Below the pieces are notes generated by a model. It had not been told where the DNA came from. It searched no databases and was given only the letters and a program-made list of their open reading frames with translations. Below are positions 1-10,626 of a DNA stretch of 32,000 nt, in pieces. Location of the stretch: assembly GCA_048886185.1 (NCBI GenBank), contig JBHLKY010000012.1, positions 139,313 through 171,312 on the forward strand, in the 5' to 3' direction. This DNA is from Candidatus Hermodarchaeota archaeon. GTDB taxonomy: Archaea; Asgardarchaeota; Heimdallarchaeia; Hodarchaeales; Hodarchaeaceae. Positions within the stretch are counted from its first letter, which is position 1; each line of letters begins with the position of its first letter. The position numbers were made by a program, and so were the translations under genes.

Positions 1-2
1 TT

Positions 3-2027
3 AATAATGGTATCTACATTGAGCAATCTCATTTAAAATTCTACAATCTGAAAACATTTGACGGAATTACTCTTACTATTAACACTGGCTTGACAGAGAA
101 AACTCTTAATTTGACAATATTAGGAGGCGCTTATAGTCCTGAATATCCTATAAAAATGGGTGAGGGGGGAAGTATCCAACAGTTTGAATTCTCTGCGACA
201 TTTGCTCAATACCTAACAATGAGTGTTTTTTTAAGAACGGATTATCTGCAGGATGAATTATATCAAGGTGAAGAAGTGTATAACCAAATTTGTATTTCTT
301 TTGATGATAATATCAGAAAAGATACTTTTATTCGACATTTACAAACAGATCAATCTCTTATGTATCGATATACTATTGATGTAAGAGAATATCCTTCCTT
401 AATTGAAGACATGGTGTTTATCATGATTGGGGTTGGATTTGGGGTAACAATTTTTTTCTTGATTATCTCTATGTTTTTGACTTATACCATAGTTAATCGC
501 TTTATTGACGAGCAAAGACCTCAATTAGGAGTAATGAAATCTTTAGGGTATTCTAATAGGTATATTCTAACGAGGAGTTTATTTTATGGCTTAATTCTTG
601 GGTTGATAGGATCTACCTCGGGGAATTTCTTCGGTATCTGCATAGGAATTTTATTAGGAGATTTGTTGTTAAATTCATGGCTTTCCTTTCCGTACATTGC
701 AGTATCATTACCCTTCACACAGTCCCTTGTACTCGTTTTTATCACCATTGTCTGTTCGACAATAGCATGTTATATTTCCGCTCGTCGCATTCTAAAGATT
801 TCACCTCGGGCTGCAATCATGCCTGCTTTTGTTGAAAGAAAAATAAGTACATTTGTTGTGGAAGATTTCATTCAAAAAATATTTAGAATTAGGTTATCTG
901 TTCTAAGTAAATATTCCATTCGTAATGTTTTTACGAATCCCAAAAGAGCTATAACAACTATTGGTTCATTACTTATGGCTATAGCACTTGTTGGTGGAGT
1001 TCTTACAATCGTTACAAGTGTCTTTAGTGGTGGATCATTAATGTTTCAATCTGAAAATTGGGATGCTCAAATCACTCTTTCTTACCCTCAGAACTTTGCT
1101 GATGTTCAATCTGATATTCTCATGCATTTTGATGATCACCAAACGATGATAATGGAACCTTTATTAGTGGATACTGCAAGGATTAGGAACCCTACTGATA
1201 AGGATACTTTCTGGAGGAAGGTCACATTCACAGCTCTTCCAATGAATCCAAATCTTAAACTATTAGAAAATACTGGTGTAGGATTCCAGAGTAATACTTC
1301 AGCTATCATTTCTCTTGATGTTGCTAAGCAGTTGGAACTAAATATAAGTGGAGAATATATATTATCAGGACGAAATGGCACACAGAAGACAATTATTATC
1401 CAAGTAATTCTCCCCCCACATCATGTCTCAAGTTTTTACATTCCAATGTCATTAGGAAACTTTCTTTCATTTGGAAATGACTCAATAGAAATGGTTAATG
1501 GCGTTTTTCTCTCAAAACCAGCCCTATCAAAAACTGACATTGACTCCTTGAGCACTGATTTCGCTGTAATCCTAAAATCAGATCTAATCAAAGAAACAGA
1601 ATCTTGGTATCTGCAAATGAGCTCCATTTTGTTTGGATTACTCTTTTTAGTTCTCATAATTGCTGGAATAATCATCTATAGTATAGCATCTATAAGTATT
1701 GCAGAACGAAAAGATGATTTTTCAATAATGAAAGCAGTTGGTATTCAAAATCGTAGTATATATCTCTGGAGTGTTCTTGAAGTGTTGATTTATTCACTGA
1801 TTGCGAGCAGTGGCTATCTTATCGGTTTTTTCATCTCAGTATGGTATATGGATATTTTACAGCAATTAATGAATTCTCCCCAAGGAAGATTTGAGTTATC
1901 ACTCTTCCATTATCTTGTTTCTTTCTTGTTTGGTCTAGTGGCATCCCTATTTGGGCAGTTCTTCGCATTACGTTATATACTAAAACAGAGAATTGCTATT
2001 GTTACTAAAGAGAAGATGTTTGGTTAA
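3..2027 (+). CDS. ABC transporter permease, FtsX/MacB-like, 5'-truncated by the window edge
   Basis: The frame is open from position 3 (NNGIYIEQ...), upstream of the track's TTG at 90. Two FtsX-type TM blocks follow the motifs 'RFIDEQRPQLGVMKSLGYS' and 'IAERKDDFSIMKAVG', separated by an extracellular loop. Confidence 0.88.
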   Translation, partial: NNGIYIEQSHLKFYNLKTFDGITLTINTGLTEKTLNLTILGGAYSPEYPIKMGEGGSIQQFEFSATFAQYLTMSVFLRTDYLQDELYQGEEVYNQICISFDDNIRKDTFIRHLQTDQSLMYRYTIDVREYPSLIEDMVFIMIGVGFGVTIFFLIISMFLTYTIVNRFIDEQRPQLGVMKSLGYSNRYILTRSLFYGLILGLIGSTSGNFFGICIGILLGDLLLNSWLSFPYIAVSLPFTQSLVLVFITIVCSTIACYISARRILKISPRAAIMPAFVERKISTFVVEDFIQKIFRIRLSVLSKYSIRNVFTNPKRAITTIGSLLMAIALVGGVLTIVTSVFSGGSLMFQSENWDAQITLSYPQNFADVQSDILMHFDDHQTMIMEPLLVDTARIRNPTDKDTFWRKVTFTALPMNPNLKLLENTGVGFQSNTSAIISLDVAKQLELNISGEYILSGRNGTQKTIIIQVILPPHHVSSFYIPMSLGNFLSFGNDSIEMVNGVFLSKPALSKTDIDSLSTDFAVILKSDLIKETESWYLQMSSILFGLLFLVLIIAGIIIYSIASISIAERKDDFSIMKAVGIQNRSIYLWSVLEVLIYSLIASSGYLIGFFISVWYMDILQQLMNSPQGRFELSLFHYLVSFLFGLVASLFGQFFALRYILKQRIAIVTKEKMFG

Positions 2028-2053
2028 ACTAATCAGAATCGAAGATACTTGTT

Positions 2054-2632
2054 CTAGGAATCTTCTTCGAATCTGCTGATTATTTTTCTACCAAGCACAG
2101 AAAAAGCCCTTTCCACATTTTCTCCTGTTTTTGCAGAAGTTTCAAAATATTTGATCCCATTATCTATATTTGAGTATTTATTATCCAAGTTATCAATGAT
2201 ATATTGTTTGACTGTTTCTGCAGAGATTTTAACCTCGTTTTTTAAGTCCATCTTATTCCCTAGGACAACAATTGAAGAATTAGGTAATCCAATGTTTTTT
2301 GAGAACTCCATTACCCATCTTTCAATATTTCTGAAAGAATCAGGACGTGTAAGATCAAAAACAAGAAGGGCGCCTACAGAGCCATGATAATATACCTTTC
2401 GGACTTGTTCAAAGGCAGGTTGTCCTGCCAGATCCCATATTTGGAAACGAATATCTTTTTTCTGAAATCTGAATCCCAAAGAAACCTCCTTGGAATGAAA
2501 ATCAGTACCTAAAGTTGGAGTGTATGCAGAAGGGAAACCTTTTCCTAGATATCTGTTAATTAAGGAGGTTTTTCCGACACTTCCATCTCCTAGTAAGCAG
2601 ATTTTCATAAGTAGTGCCATTTTAGCATCCAT
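2054..2632 (-). CDS. Rab-like small GTPase (paralogue 1)
   Basis: G1 GDGSVGKT, G2 YTPTLG, G3 IWDLAGQ, Rab-like YYHGS and LVFDLT, G4 NKMD, G5 ETSAKT. No C-terminal Cys motif. Confidence 0.95.
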   Translation of the reverse strand: MDAKMALLMKICLLGDGSVGKTSLINRYLGKGFPSAYTPTLGTDFHSKEVSLGFRFQKKDIRFQIWDLAGQPAFEQVRKVYYHGSVGALLVFDLTRPDSFRNIERWVMEFSKNIGLPNSSIVVLGNKMDLKNEVKISAETVKQYIIDNLDNKYSNIDNGIKYFETSAKTGENVERAFSVLGRKIISRFEEDS

Positions 2633-3030
2633 TCAGTAGTAAATAGATCTTTCAAGAGTGATTTTATAATCATTAAAATTAATTAGTTAAAAACTAATTC
2701 ATTGAATCATCACACGGATGATAGTTGAGAATATCAAAGACACCTTTAGTATAATCTTTGCGAGTGTTAGCAATTCTTTCGCTTTTTTCATCTTTGTCTG
2801 AAATATCGGTATTCTCAAGGGTTTGAGGAAATCTCCTCAAAGAAAATTTGAGATGTCATATTTCCACTAGCTTACCTTTTCCTTTTAAGTCAAATCACTA
2901 CTAGGACAGTTCTTTGCATTACACTATATTTATTAAAACAGGGTATTGCTATTGTCACGAAAGAAAAGATATTTAGCTAGAATGTATTAAAGACCCAGAA
3001 TTTGTTATTAATGGGTATTTTTCCCTTTTA

Positions 3031-6000
3031 TTATATAACTGGTATTTCCTCTTGAGGATTCGTATTATTTGGTACAACCACGTTTACTTCAGGCCTGCTT
3101 CCTATCCATAGAGCTTTGTAAACTACTTTCATATCAATCTTAAGAACTTTTGTGAACATATCTAATGCTTCACTAAGAGTAATTGAAGGAGTATCTCGTA
3201 AGAGAGCTAAAGATTTATCAAAAAGGTTTATCTGAGCTTTAGGATCAGTAATACTGGCATCTAGGTTCGCTTTCACGATTGCTAAGCGTTTAAGCGCATT
3301 TAATGAAGCTCTAGAAATACTAGAAATTGAAATACCCCGTTTGAATCTCTCTTCTATGTATTTAATGCGTCGACAATCAATATAGAAGGGGGAAAGAAGA
3401 GTTACTGGGAAATGCTGCTTTACAACTTTCTCTGTCATAGATCCCACGAGGACTTCATTAACAACACCCAATTCATGTAGAGTTATTTTTTCTTCAATGT
3501 TTCTCATAATTGAAATGAATGAGGATTTTATATATTCTGGTGGTGTCTCTTTTAAAAATAAGAATATTTTAAATGAAGGGGAAGACACAATTAAGATCTG
3601 AACTTTATTCTTCTCGATAATACTTGTTCTAATACTTTCTTCAATTTGATTTTCTAACAGTTCAGAGTCATGTTCAATGAATAAGTTAACAATATCTGAT
3701 TGAAATGACTCTAAAAAGGAATCGATACCAACTGAAAGACCACCTAACACATCCTGTATCGCACTACGCGATTGATACATAATATTATTTGTATTATAAA
3801 TTGGAATGCCTACAGCAGTGGTAACTAAGATCATATAAGTGTTTAATAAGGATTCTAACCTTTTTTGATATTCACTGATCTCAGATATCTTCTGTTTCTT
3901 CCGCTCTTGATAGGTGATTGAAACTGTATAAACCACAATCACAATACACATCGTACATAAAATTGTCAGAATTACTGCTTCAAGTATAGAATCAAATATT
4001 GGAGGGGGAGGAAAGAAAAATGTAAATTCTCTTCTGATTGAGCCATTTGATTGATTAACTGAATCATATACTTCTATAAACCATTTAAAAGTTACTGTAT
4101 TGTGGAAAGAGAGCATTATTGTATAATGGGTTTGATTAAAAGTCATTGGAACTCTTTTCATCAGAGATTCGGATCCATAACCACCTGTTTCTTCAAGAGA
4201 AGTAATTTCATAATTCAAATATACTTCAGAGACTCCTGAACCCCAATCTGAGATATTTGCCCAGATATTTATTGTAGTTTTATTAATACTGTCAATTCCA
4301 GCCGAATGGATTATTGGTTCCCACCAATCAAACATCTGACCAGAGTTTGTGTACAGGCCTGCCTCATAATGACCCTTAAGAACTCCTTCATCGATAACAT
4401 GTATGATATAGGAGAATTTATGCAAATATTCTATCTGTATCTGATAAGTGTAATGAGATCCATTTAAAATCATTTCAGTTTCATTTAAAATCCATTCGTC
4501 ATACGTATCATCTTTCACTGATAATGTAATACTGTGTGTATTGAATAGATCATATAGCTTACACCATAACAGGAGTTCTCCAATATATGATGTTGATGCG
4601 GTTGTTCCATGGTTAACAACCTTTGCTGGTTGAAAGTTTGATGTTCTTTGATTTATCTCTCCTATGGTTATATTATTTAATGCAGTATCATATATCTTAA
4701 TGTAATAATTGAATGTCTGGTTAGAATCCACAATAATTGATTCGACATAATGTGATCCGTTATAACGCATTTCTTTTTTTTCTATCCATGAACCAAATCT
4801 ATTCAAGAAATTTATGGTAAGGTTGACACTATCAATAACACCAAATGGATCAGTAGCATTAGCCCAAAAGGTTAACAGGCATTCATATTGATTCCAAGTT
4901 GTGTTTAAAAAGCCAAATTCATAACAAATTGGATCTGTTTTATCATAAATAGTGATTTTTTGGGGGGAAGTGGATATATTGTTTCCACTATTATCAAAAG
5001 CAGTAATAAAATACCAGAAAGCACGATCAGGAACAAATCCATGTATATAGTAAATGTAAATGTTACCAGTTCCATTCCAATGCATTACTAGTCCGCTATA
5101 ATCAGAAACGTATGTGTAATCCAAGAGAACAGATGAATTATCATCAAATAATCCACTACCATAAGGACTCTCTTCAACTTCAGCCCAGATGACAACTGTT
5201 CCATTCTGGTACACAATTGATTCAGTTCTCGTAATATGTGGAGGAGCATTATCAGAAATTGTTATACTTTTAGAAATGACCCCCAAATTCCCCGCATTGT
5301 CTTCTACCCAAACTTTGATTAACACTTGATCTCCGAAAGGAAAGGTATAGGATGTTTTATATCGATAAAAGACATCATAATCCATTTCCAATAATATATG
5401 ATTCTCTAAATGAGTGAAATTAACATAAAAAGTATTATTCACATAGTAATTATCCCCGTAAGGATCAATCGCATATACAAAGACGGTTATTTCACCATCA
5501 TTCTCAGTAGAGTTTTCAATTGAATATATAATTATCGGGGAAACAGTATCAGATAATGTAAAGTTTGAAGCTTGATCATTTCCTAGATTATACCAATTAC
5601 CTGTAGTATCAACTGCTGATACATAATACCAAAGACTCTGTAAATTATATTCCAATGAATCAATGCGAGTAAAAAAAATAATATCTGATAATCGATTCAT
5701 TGAAAGATTAGTCCATGTTCCAAAATAATTCTGTGAATATAACAAATAAGCAGTAGTATCATTTAATGGCCAGTCAAGTATTTCAGCATAGAAGTCTACT
5801 GTGCCATTTCCCCAATCTATTTTCCAACATGATACAATAGGTATTGAATTATCATCTATAATGAACGGCCCCTGAATTATTGATGTATTCGAGTTATTGG
5901 CAAAATCTGATGCAGTAATCCAATAGTAAACAACATCATTGCATTGAAGCGCCAAATTATAATAAAAGTGCTCTTCTGATTCAATCATATAGTATGAAAG

Positions 6001-9000
6001 GATATCACCATTTATATCTAGATGTAATTGTACATTACTCTTATTAACACCGCTTTGATAATCATTGTGATCCTCTATAGATACATAAATCTCTACATGA
6101 CCATGGAAATGAGAATCAAAATTATCTAATATATCCTCCTCATCAATAGGTGGTGCTTCATCATCATCAGGGATAACCGTGCAAAAAGGAGGAGATAATA
6201 AGGAAACTTTTGATCCATTTTCATTTCCTAAACTATCTATTGCAGAATAAACCGTGTAGTTTAAAAGCACACCATATTTTGCTTCAAAATAACATACCCA
6301 AAACCCAGTAATGTTTTGATGCATTTCTAGAAAACGATTATTTACCTGCAATATTACAGGATCCATTAATAAACTCATATTATCTGTAATATTTGCATAA
6401 AACTGAAGTGTTCCATTCTGATAATCAGTAACACCATATTCAACAATAATGGGAGGAAAACCATCACCTAAATAAAGAGATTTAATATGAGTTACAATAG
6501 TATTATTTGCGACATCAATAGCAAGAATATTGTAAAAAATCTGAACATCTATATGGGTTAACGAATCCAATGCTGTTGCATTGTAAAATTGGTTATAAGA
6601 AAATTCTTCCATCGTAAAATTTTCATGAATAAGAAGAACTTCATCCGTTATATTGATTACAGTTAAATTGATATAAACTTCAAAGCTGCTCTTATCACTA
6701 ACATTAGCAAAAAAGGTAGGAGAGTTTTCGAAAAGAATGGAAGTATTAATAAAATAGAATTTATGCACTAGAGGAGGATCATTATCAGTAAATTCAGAGA
6801 CAATTACTGTGAACTCATACTTAGGATTAATCTGATAGGTTGAATAAGCAGCAAATTTAAGAAATGCAAGAGTTTTGTTAATTGAGTCTTCAAATTCTAC
6901 TGTTATATTATAATAATTATAAGGTAGATTTGAAAAGATAGCATACCCTAAATTTGTTGTATTTTGTGTCCAAGTAATTGTTGCATTGTTAAAATTTGTA
7001 ATGTTCACCCTAGCATTAGGAACAATCTTATTATCTAAATCTAAAACATTAATACGCACAGTTGCGTTCTCAGGGCCTCTCTCTAGATCTGCAATTATAT
7101 TTCCGTAAACATCATTATTTTCCTCATCAAAATAAATTACGTAGAGTCTTTCTGATGAAATGAAATCAGTCCGTAATACATTCCAAGCACTTTGAGTAGT
7201 GCTAACTCGACGCCCTGATCCCCAAGATTCTCCCCCGTCAGTTGAATTCTTTACAAAAACTGTATTATTGATGATATAAACAGCATAGAGATCATTATTT
7301 GAAATATCATAAATAGGTTTTGCTTCATCTCCATTTATTCCACAATTTGTAACTATATCAGTTTTTTGACTCCAAGAGCGGTTGTGATCAAAGAATACCC
7401 ATGTTTCTAAATCCCCTGTTGCGCTTAGAATATCATTATTAAGAATAGCATAAATATTATGAGTGTTTGGATCTATTGTTGCTCCCCAATTAGCATTGTT
7501 ATTATAAGAATCTTCTGGAAGTATTGTCTCAGAAATGATAGTTGTTACAAAGGTGGGAGAAGTATCCCATGTATCCAAATCCTCATTATAAGTAAATGAA
7601 TAAAGAGAATTTTCAGAAGCATCTTCATAAAGGCAAAGAATATCTCCACCACTTAGAGGAAGGAGTTGGCCATGGTCATCATCATCCATTAAGAAGGAAT
7701 ATGGAGGAGTAATATCATACCAACTAGAATCAAACTTGGCAAATTGGGGTCCATAGGTCATCCAAGAAGCACCAAAAATTAATCCATCAGTTGAAACTGT
7801 TACTGTACCACCTCCATCAGGTGCATTGTGGGATCCACCAGAAGGCATAATTACGGTCCATTCCCCACTAGAAGAGTCATCTTGAGTATCGAGGTAATTA
7901 TATACCATTTCATCGTCACTGATAGAGTTTGCAACAAAATGGATTTTTGTACCCGTATTATTGGGTGTCCACTGGTCAAACCAACAACTAAAACTTCGAA
8001 ACCGATATTCAGGAGGACCACAATCAATGTTAATTGGACCTTCCCAGATAGTCCCATTATCAGTTGTTTTATAATAGATTATCTCAGCCATACCACCGTT
8101 TGTCTTTTGGAAAAAGATATACCCATGAGAATTATTAATAAAAACGATATTTGGCCCTGGGTTGTATTCATCAGTGGCATCATAAACATCGGTATCAATA
8201 ATGACCTCCGATCCATCCAAAACAACACTGGAGTCTCTTTGTTCTTCAAAACTAACTGTATAGAAGTTTTCCGGATCGTGTTGGTTATTGTACTCAGTTA
8301 TGATCCAATCTGCAGAGATAATTCCCTTATAAAGACGTAACTCGTCAATTACTCCCGCAAATTTCTCATCACCACCATAAGTCTGATCAAGAACGAGACG
8401 CCCGATTTGATAATTACCAATAGTACCGAATGTAGGATTCCCCGTATTGCTCATACTACCCTCATCAAGACCATTTACGTACATTTTACCTATATTTTCG
8501 CTTTGGTTAGCAGTAGCAACTATGTAAATCCATGATTGTCCAGGCCAAGAGGTAGTAGTGCTATCTACATAATCAAAATTACTACCACCAATACCTTCTA
8601 CCTTTGAATAGAGCGCTCCATTATTTCCATGAAAATTATCTTGACCTGCAAAAGTAAACGCCATATTATAGGCATCGTGGTTATAATGGCCAAAAATTGG
8701 CATGGATTCAGCTGAATTTGAATTGAAAGGGGCATTTAATTGCACCCAAGTTGAGATACTATAATTTCCAGTCCCAATTCTAGGATCCCATACACCTAGA
8801 CTAATATAATCATCTATACCATCAAAACCTCGTGCTCTCCCTATTTTACCGACTTCATCAAAAGACCCTTGACTTGTTCCATCAACACTATTTGATGAAG
8901 AACCCATTAGGTCTGTATCTAAATGCCAAACTCCCACATAATTGTCACCCCATACACCAATAGCATTTTCTTGATTTTCAATGGTAGAATTCCCGTAATA

Positions 9001-9609
9001 CATCGATATTGTGGTATTTACATCACTTGATAGAAATGGTAATCGAATCCATGCCACAAGCAATGCATGAGATCCATTGTATGTTACATCAAAATGTTCT
9101 ATCTCATGATCAAGTGTTTTATTTAATGAATCTTTGAAAATAATGTCATCACCATCAACTTGGGTGTGATAACGAAGATCATTATCATAAAGTACTATCA
9201 GTACAGGAAAATCACTCAGATTGGCCTGAACATTACCTCCATCTATTGTAATATTTTTGCGATACTGAAAAGAAGGGGCTCCCCAATTTATGTTTTGAAT
9301 GTCAGCCTTAATAGGGAATGTTAATTGTCTTTCATTTTGATATGAGTTAGAAGGGAAAGATAAGCATGGGTTTAAATTCTCTGGATAATTTATTCCGTTT
9401 TTTTTATTGAATGAGCTTATGTTGAAAGCATTGCCTTTTAGCTGGGGTACTCTTAAGTACTCGTTTTCAACTTTAACCATCTGATTATGAAGAGGGTTTA
9501 CCTGAATAAAAAATTGGGAAAAAAGCGTTAATATAATCATAAATAAAAGGAATTTCAACCTTTCTACTCTTTTTCTGGATTTCATTTCACTATACTCGTA
9601 TTTAATCAC
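3031..9609 (-). CDS. Giant single-pass surface glycoprotein: DUF2341-like, LamG-like, Asp-box propeller, about 9 Ig-like repeats, TM helix, cytoplasmic longin-like domain
   Basis: N-terminal hydrophobic segment. 'YRKNITID...LSDFPVL...WIRLP...ISMYYGN' is DUF2341-like. 'VGVWHLD...FDGIDDYI...FAGVIDELRLY...WIITEYNNQ' is LamG-like. Asp-box-like TTDNGTIW and STDGGESW. Repeated D-x(1-3)-P-P/x-I units, many N-x-S/T sequons, TM helix at about 3910-3987. Confidence 0.8.
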   Translation of the reverse strand: MIKYEYSEMKSRKRVERLKFLLFMIILTLFSQFFIQVNPLHNQMVKVENEYLRVPQLKGNAFNISSFNKKNGINYPENLNPCLSFPSNSYQNERQLTFPIKADIQNINWGAPSFQYRKNITIDGGNVQANLSDFPVLIVLYDNDLRYHTQVDGDDIIFKDSLNKTLDHEIEHFDVTYNGSHALLVAWIRLPFLSSDVNTTISMYYGNSTIENQENAIGVWGDNYVGVWHLDTDLMGSSSNSVDGTSQGSFDEVGKIGRARGFDGIDDYISLGVWDPRIGTGNYSISTWVQLNAPFNSNSAESMPIFGHYNHDAYNMAFTFAGQDNFHGNNGALYSKVEGIGGSNFDYVDSTTTSWPGQSWIYIVATANQSENIGKMYVNGLDEGSMSNTGNPTFGTIGNYQIGRLVLDQTYGGDEKFAGVIDELRLYKGIISADWIITEYNNQHDPENFYTVSFEEQRDSSVVLDGSEVIIDTDVYDATDEYNPGPNIVFINNSHGYIFFQKTNGGMAEIIYYKTTDNGTIWEGPINIDCGPPEYRFRSFSCWFDQWTPNNTGTKIHFVANSISDDEMVYNYLDTQDDSSSGEWTVIMPSGGSHNAPDGGGTVTVSTDGLIFGASWMTYGPQFAKFDSSWYDITPPYSFLMDDDDHGQLLPLSGGDILCLYEDASENSLYSFTYNEDLDTWDTSPTFVTTIISETILPEDSYNNNANWGATIDPNTHNIYAILNNDILSATGDLETWVFFDHNRSWSQKTDIVTNCGINGDEAKPIYDISNNDLYAVYIINNTVFVKNSTDGGESWGSGRRVSTTQSAWNVLRTDFISSERLYVIYFDEENNDVYGNIIADLERGPENATVRINVLDLDNKIVPNARVNITNFNNATITWTQNTTNLGYAIFSNLPYNYYNITVEFEDSINKTLAFLKFAAYSTYQINPKYEFTVIVSEFTDNDPPLVHKFYFINTSILFENSPTFFANVSDKSSFEVYINLTVINITDEVLLIHENFTMEEFSYNQFYNATALDSLTHIDVQIFYNILAIDVANNTIVTHIKSLYLGDGFPPIIVEYGVTDYQNGTLQFYANITDNMSLLMDPVILQVNNRFLEMHQNITGFWVCYFEAKYGVLLNYTVYSAIDSLGNENGSKVSLLSPPFCTVIPDDDEAPPIDEEDILDNFDSHFHGHVEIYVSIEDHNDYQSGVNKSNVQLHLDINGDILSYYMIESEEHFYYNLALQCNDVVYYWITASDFANNSNTSIIQGPFIIDDNSIPIVSCWKIDWGNGTVDFYAEILDWPLNDTTAYLLYSQNYFGTWTNLSMNRLSDIIFFTRIDSLEYNLQSLWYYVSAVDTTGNWYNLGNDQASNFTLSDTVSPIIIYSIENSTENDGEITVFVYAIDPYGDNYYVNNTFYVNFTHLENHILLEMDYDVFYRYKTSYTFPFGDQVLIKVWVEDNAGNLGVISKSITISDNAPPHITRTESIVYQNGTVVIWAEVEESPYGSGLFDDNSSVLLDYTYVSDYSGLVMHWNGTGNIYIYYIHGFVPDRAFWYFITAFDNSGNNISTSPQKITIYDKTDPICYEFGFLNTTWNQYECLLTFWANATDPFGVIDSVNLTINFLNRFGSWIEKKEMRYNGSHYVESIIVDSNQTFNYYIKIYDTALNNITIGEINQRTSNFQPAKVVNHGTTASTSYIGELLLWCKLYDLFNTHSITLSVKDDTYDEWILNETEMILNGSHYTYQIQIEYLHKFSYIIHVIDEGVLKGHYEAGLYTNSGQMFDWWEPIIHSAGIDSINKTTINIWANISDWGSGVSEVYLNYEITSLEETGGYGSESLMKRVPMTFNQTHYTIMLSFHNTVTFKWFIEVYDSVNQSNGSIRREFTFFFPPPPIFDSILEAVILTILCTMCIVIVVYTVSITYQERKKQKISEISEYQKRLESLLNTYMILVTTAVGIPIYNTNNIMYQSRSAIQDVLGGLSVGIDSFLESFQSDIVNLFIEHDSELLENQIEESIRTSIIEKNKVQILIVSSPSFKIFLFLKETPPEYIKSSFISIMRNIEEKITLHELGVVNEVLVGSMTEKVVKQHFPVTLLSPFYIDCRRIKYIEERFKRGISISSISRASLNALKRLAIVKANLDASITDPKAQINLFDKSLALLRDTPSITLSEALDMFTKVLKIDMKVVYKALWIGSRPEVNVVVPNNTNPQEEIPVI

Positions 9610-9887
9610 TTATGTATCTAAATATAAGACCAGAGTCCCCTGTAATGCCTTTTTGTCTTATAAATGAATTCTAAAGGGAGAAAATTCGATGGGAGCAGCG
9701 CTCATGGACGAAATTTGATTACATAATATGTTAAGCAGCATGTATATTCAAGAATCCAGATTATTAAAATTAACTAATCAAAATATTTGATCAGGCGATA
9801 TTCTAAGATCTTACTGTAAAGTCAATTACTTCTATTCCTGTCAAAAAAATAGCTTAGGTATATGATAATAGAGAAGTATTCCTCTTT

Positions 9888-10466
9888 CTATAGGTATAAT
9901 TTGTCAATTATCCTTTCTGCAAGAGCTAAAAAGCCTGATCCACATTTCTTCCAGTTTTGGCTGAGGTTGTATAACAATCAATTTATGCTTCTATATTTGA
10001 AAATTTATTGACTAAATATAAGTCAATATAATCCCTCACTTTATTGAAAGTTATCTTGATTTCATCTTTTAAATCTATTTTATTCCCTAGAACAATTATT
10101 AAGGAACTAGGTAATTCAATATTTTTTGAAAACTCTTTAAGCCACCTTTCCATGTTTTCTAGAGATTTAGTCCTTGTAAGATCAAAAACTATGAATGCAC
10201 CAGCCGATCCTTTATAATATACCCTTCTAATTTGGCTGAATGCTTGTTGGCCAACTAAATCTTATATTTTAAAACGAATATCTTTAAAGCTATATTTAGT
10301 TTTAAAAAAAATTTGTTTTGATAGAAAATCGGAACCTAGCGTGGGAGTATATTCCGATGAAAAGCCTTTTCCAAGATATCCATTTATTAAAGATGTTTTA
10401 CCTACCTCTCCATCTCCAAGAAAGCATATCTTAGTAATTCAAGGCAATTTTTACTCTGGTAGACTT
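9888..10466 (-). pseudogene. Rab-like small GTPase pseudogene (paralogue 2), absent from the ORF track
   Basis: Manual translation: ITKICFLGDGEVGKTSLINGYLGKGFSSEYTPTLGSDFLSKQ...KDIRFKI*DLVGQQAFSQIRRVYYKGSAGAFIVFDLTRTKSLENMERWLKEFSKNIELPSSLIIVLGNKIDLK...NIEA*IDCYTTSAKTGRNVDQAF, then a frameshift (LALAERIIDKLYL*). It has two in-frame TAA stops, a 1-nt frameshift near each end, and no intact start codon. Confidence 0.92.
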
Positions 10467-10626
10467 ATATGATGATGATACTTAAAAACCTAAGGCAATT
10501 CATAAATCTATTTCTCCCAATTTATAACATTGGAAGACTATTTTATTTTATTAGTGTGTGTAACAACACTTCATTGTTCGTTGATCAACTCAAATTATCT
10601 TTTATTTAATCTTCTTTTAACAATAT

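Noticed and set aside
1136-2387. Short ORFs 1136-1381, 1436-1675 and 2151-2387
   Set aside because: They are antisense shadows fully inside the permease or the Rab-like gene and have no motifs.
2822-2841. Hairpin tttgagga-aatc-tcctcaaa
   Set aside because: A single 8-bp stem with no repeat copies. It is not a CRISPR repeat or transposon end, and its function is unsupported.
2692-2845. Minus-strand frame of about 48 aa (LRRFPQTLENTDISDKDEK...YHPCDDSMN*)
   Set aside because: Only a TTG start, below the track threshold and with no recognisable motif. It cannot be supported, though a small protein is not excluded.
7828-8340. 170-aa plus-strand ORF and nested 68-aa minus-strand ORF
   Set aside because: Both lie inside the 2192-aa gene (antisense or alternative frame) and show no protein-like motifs.
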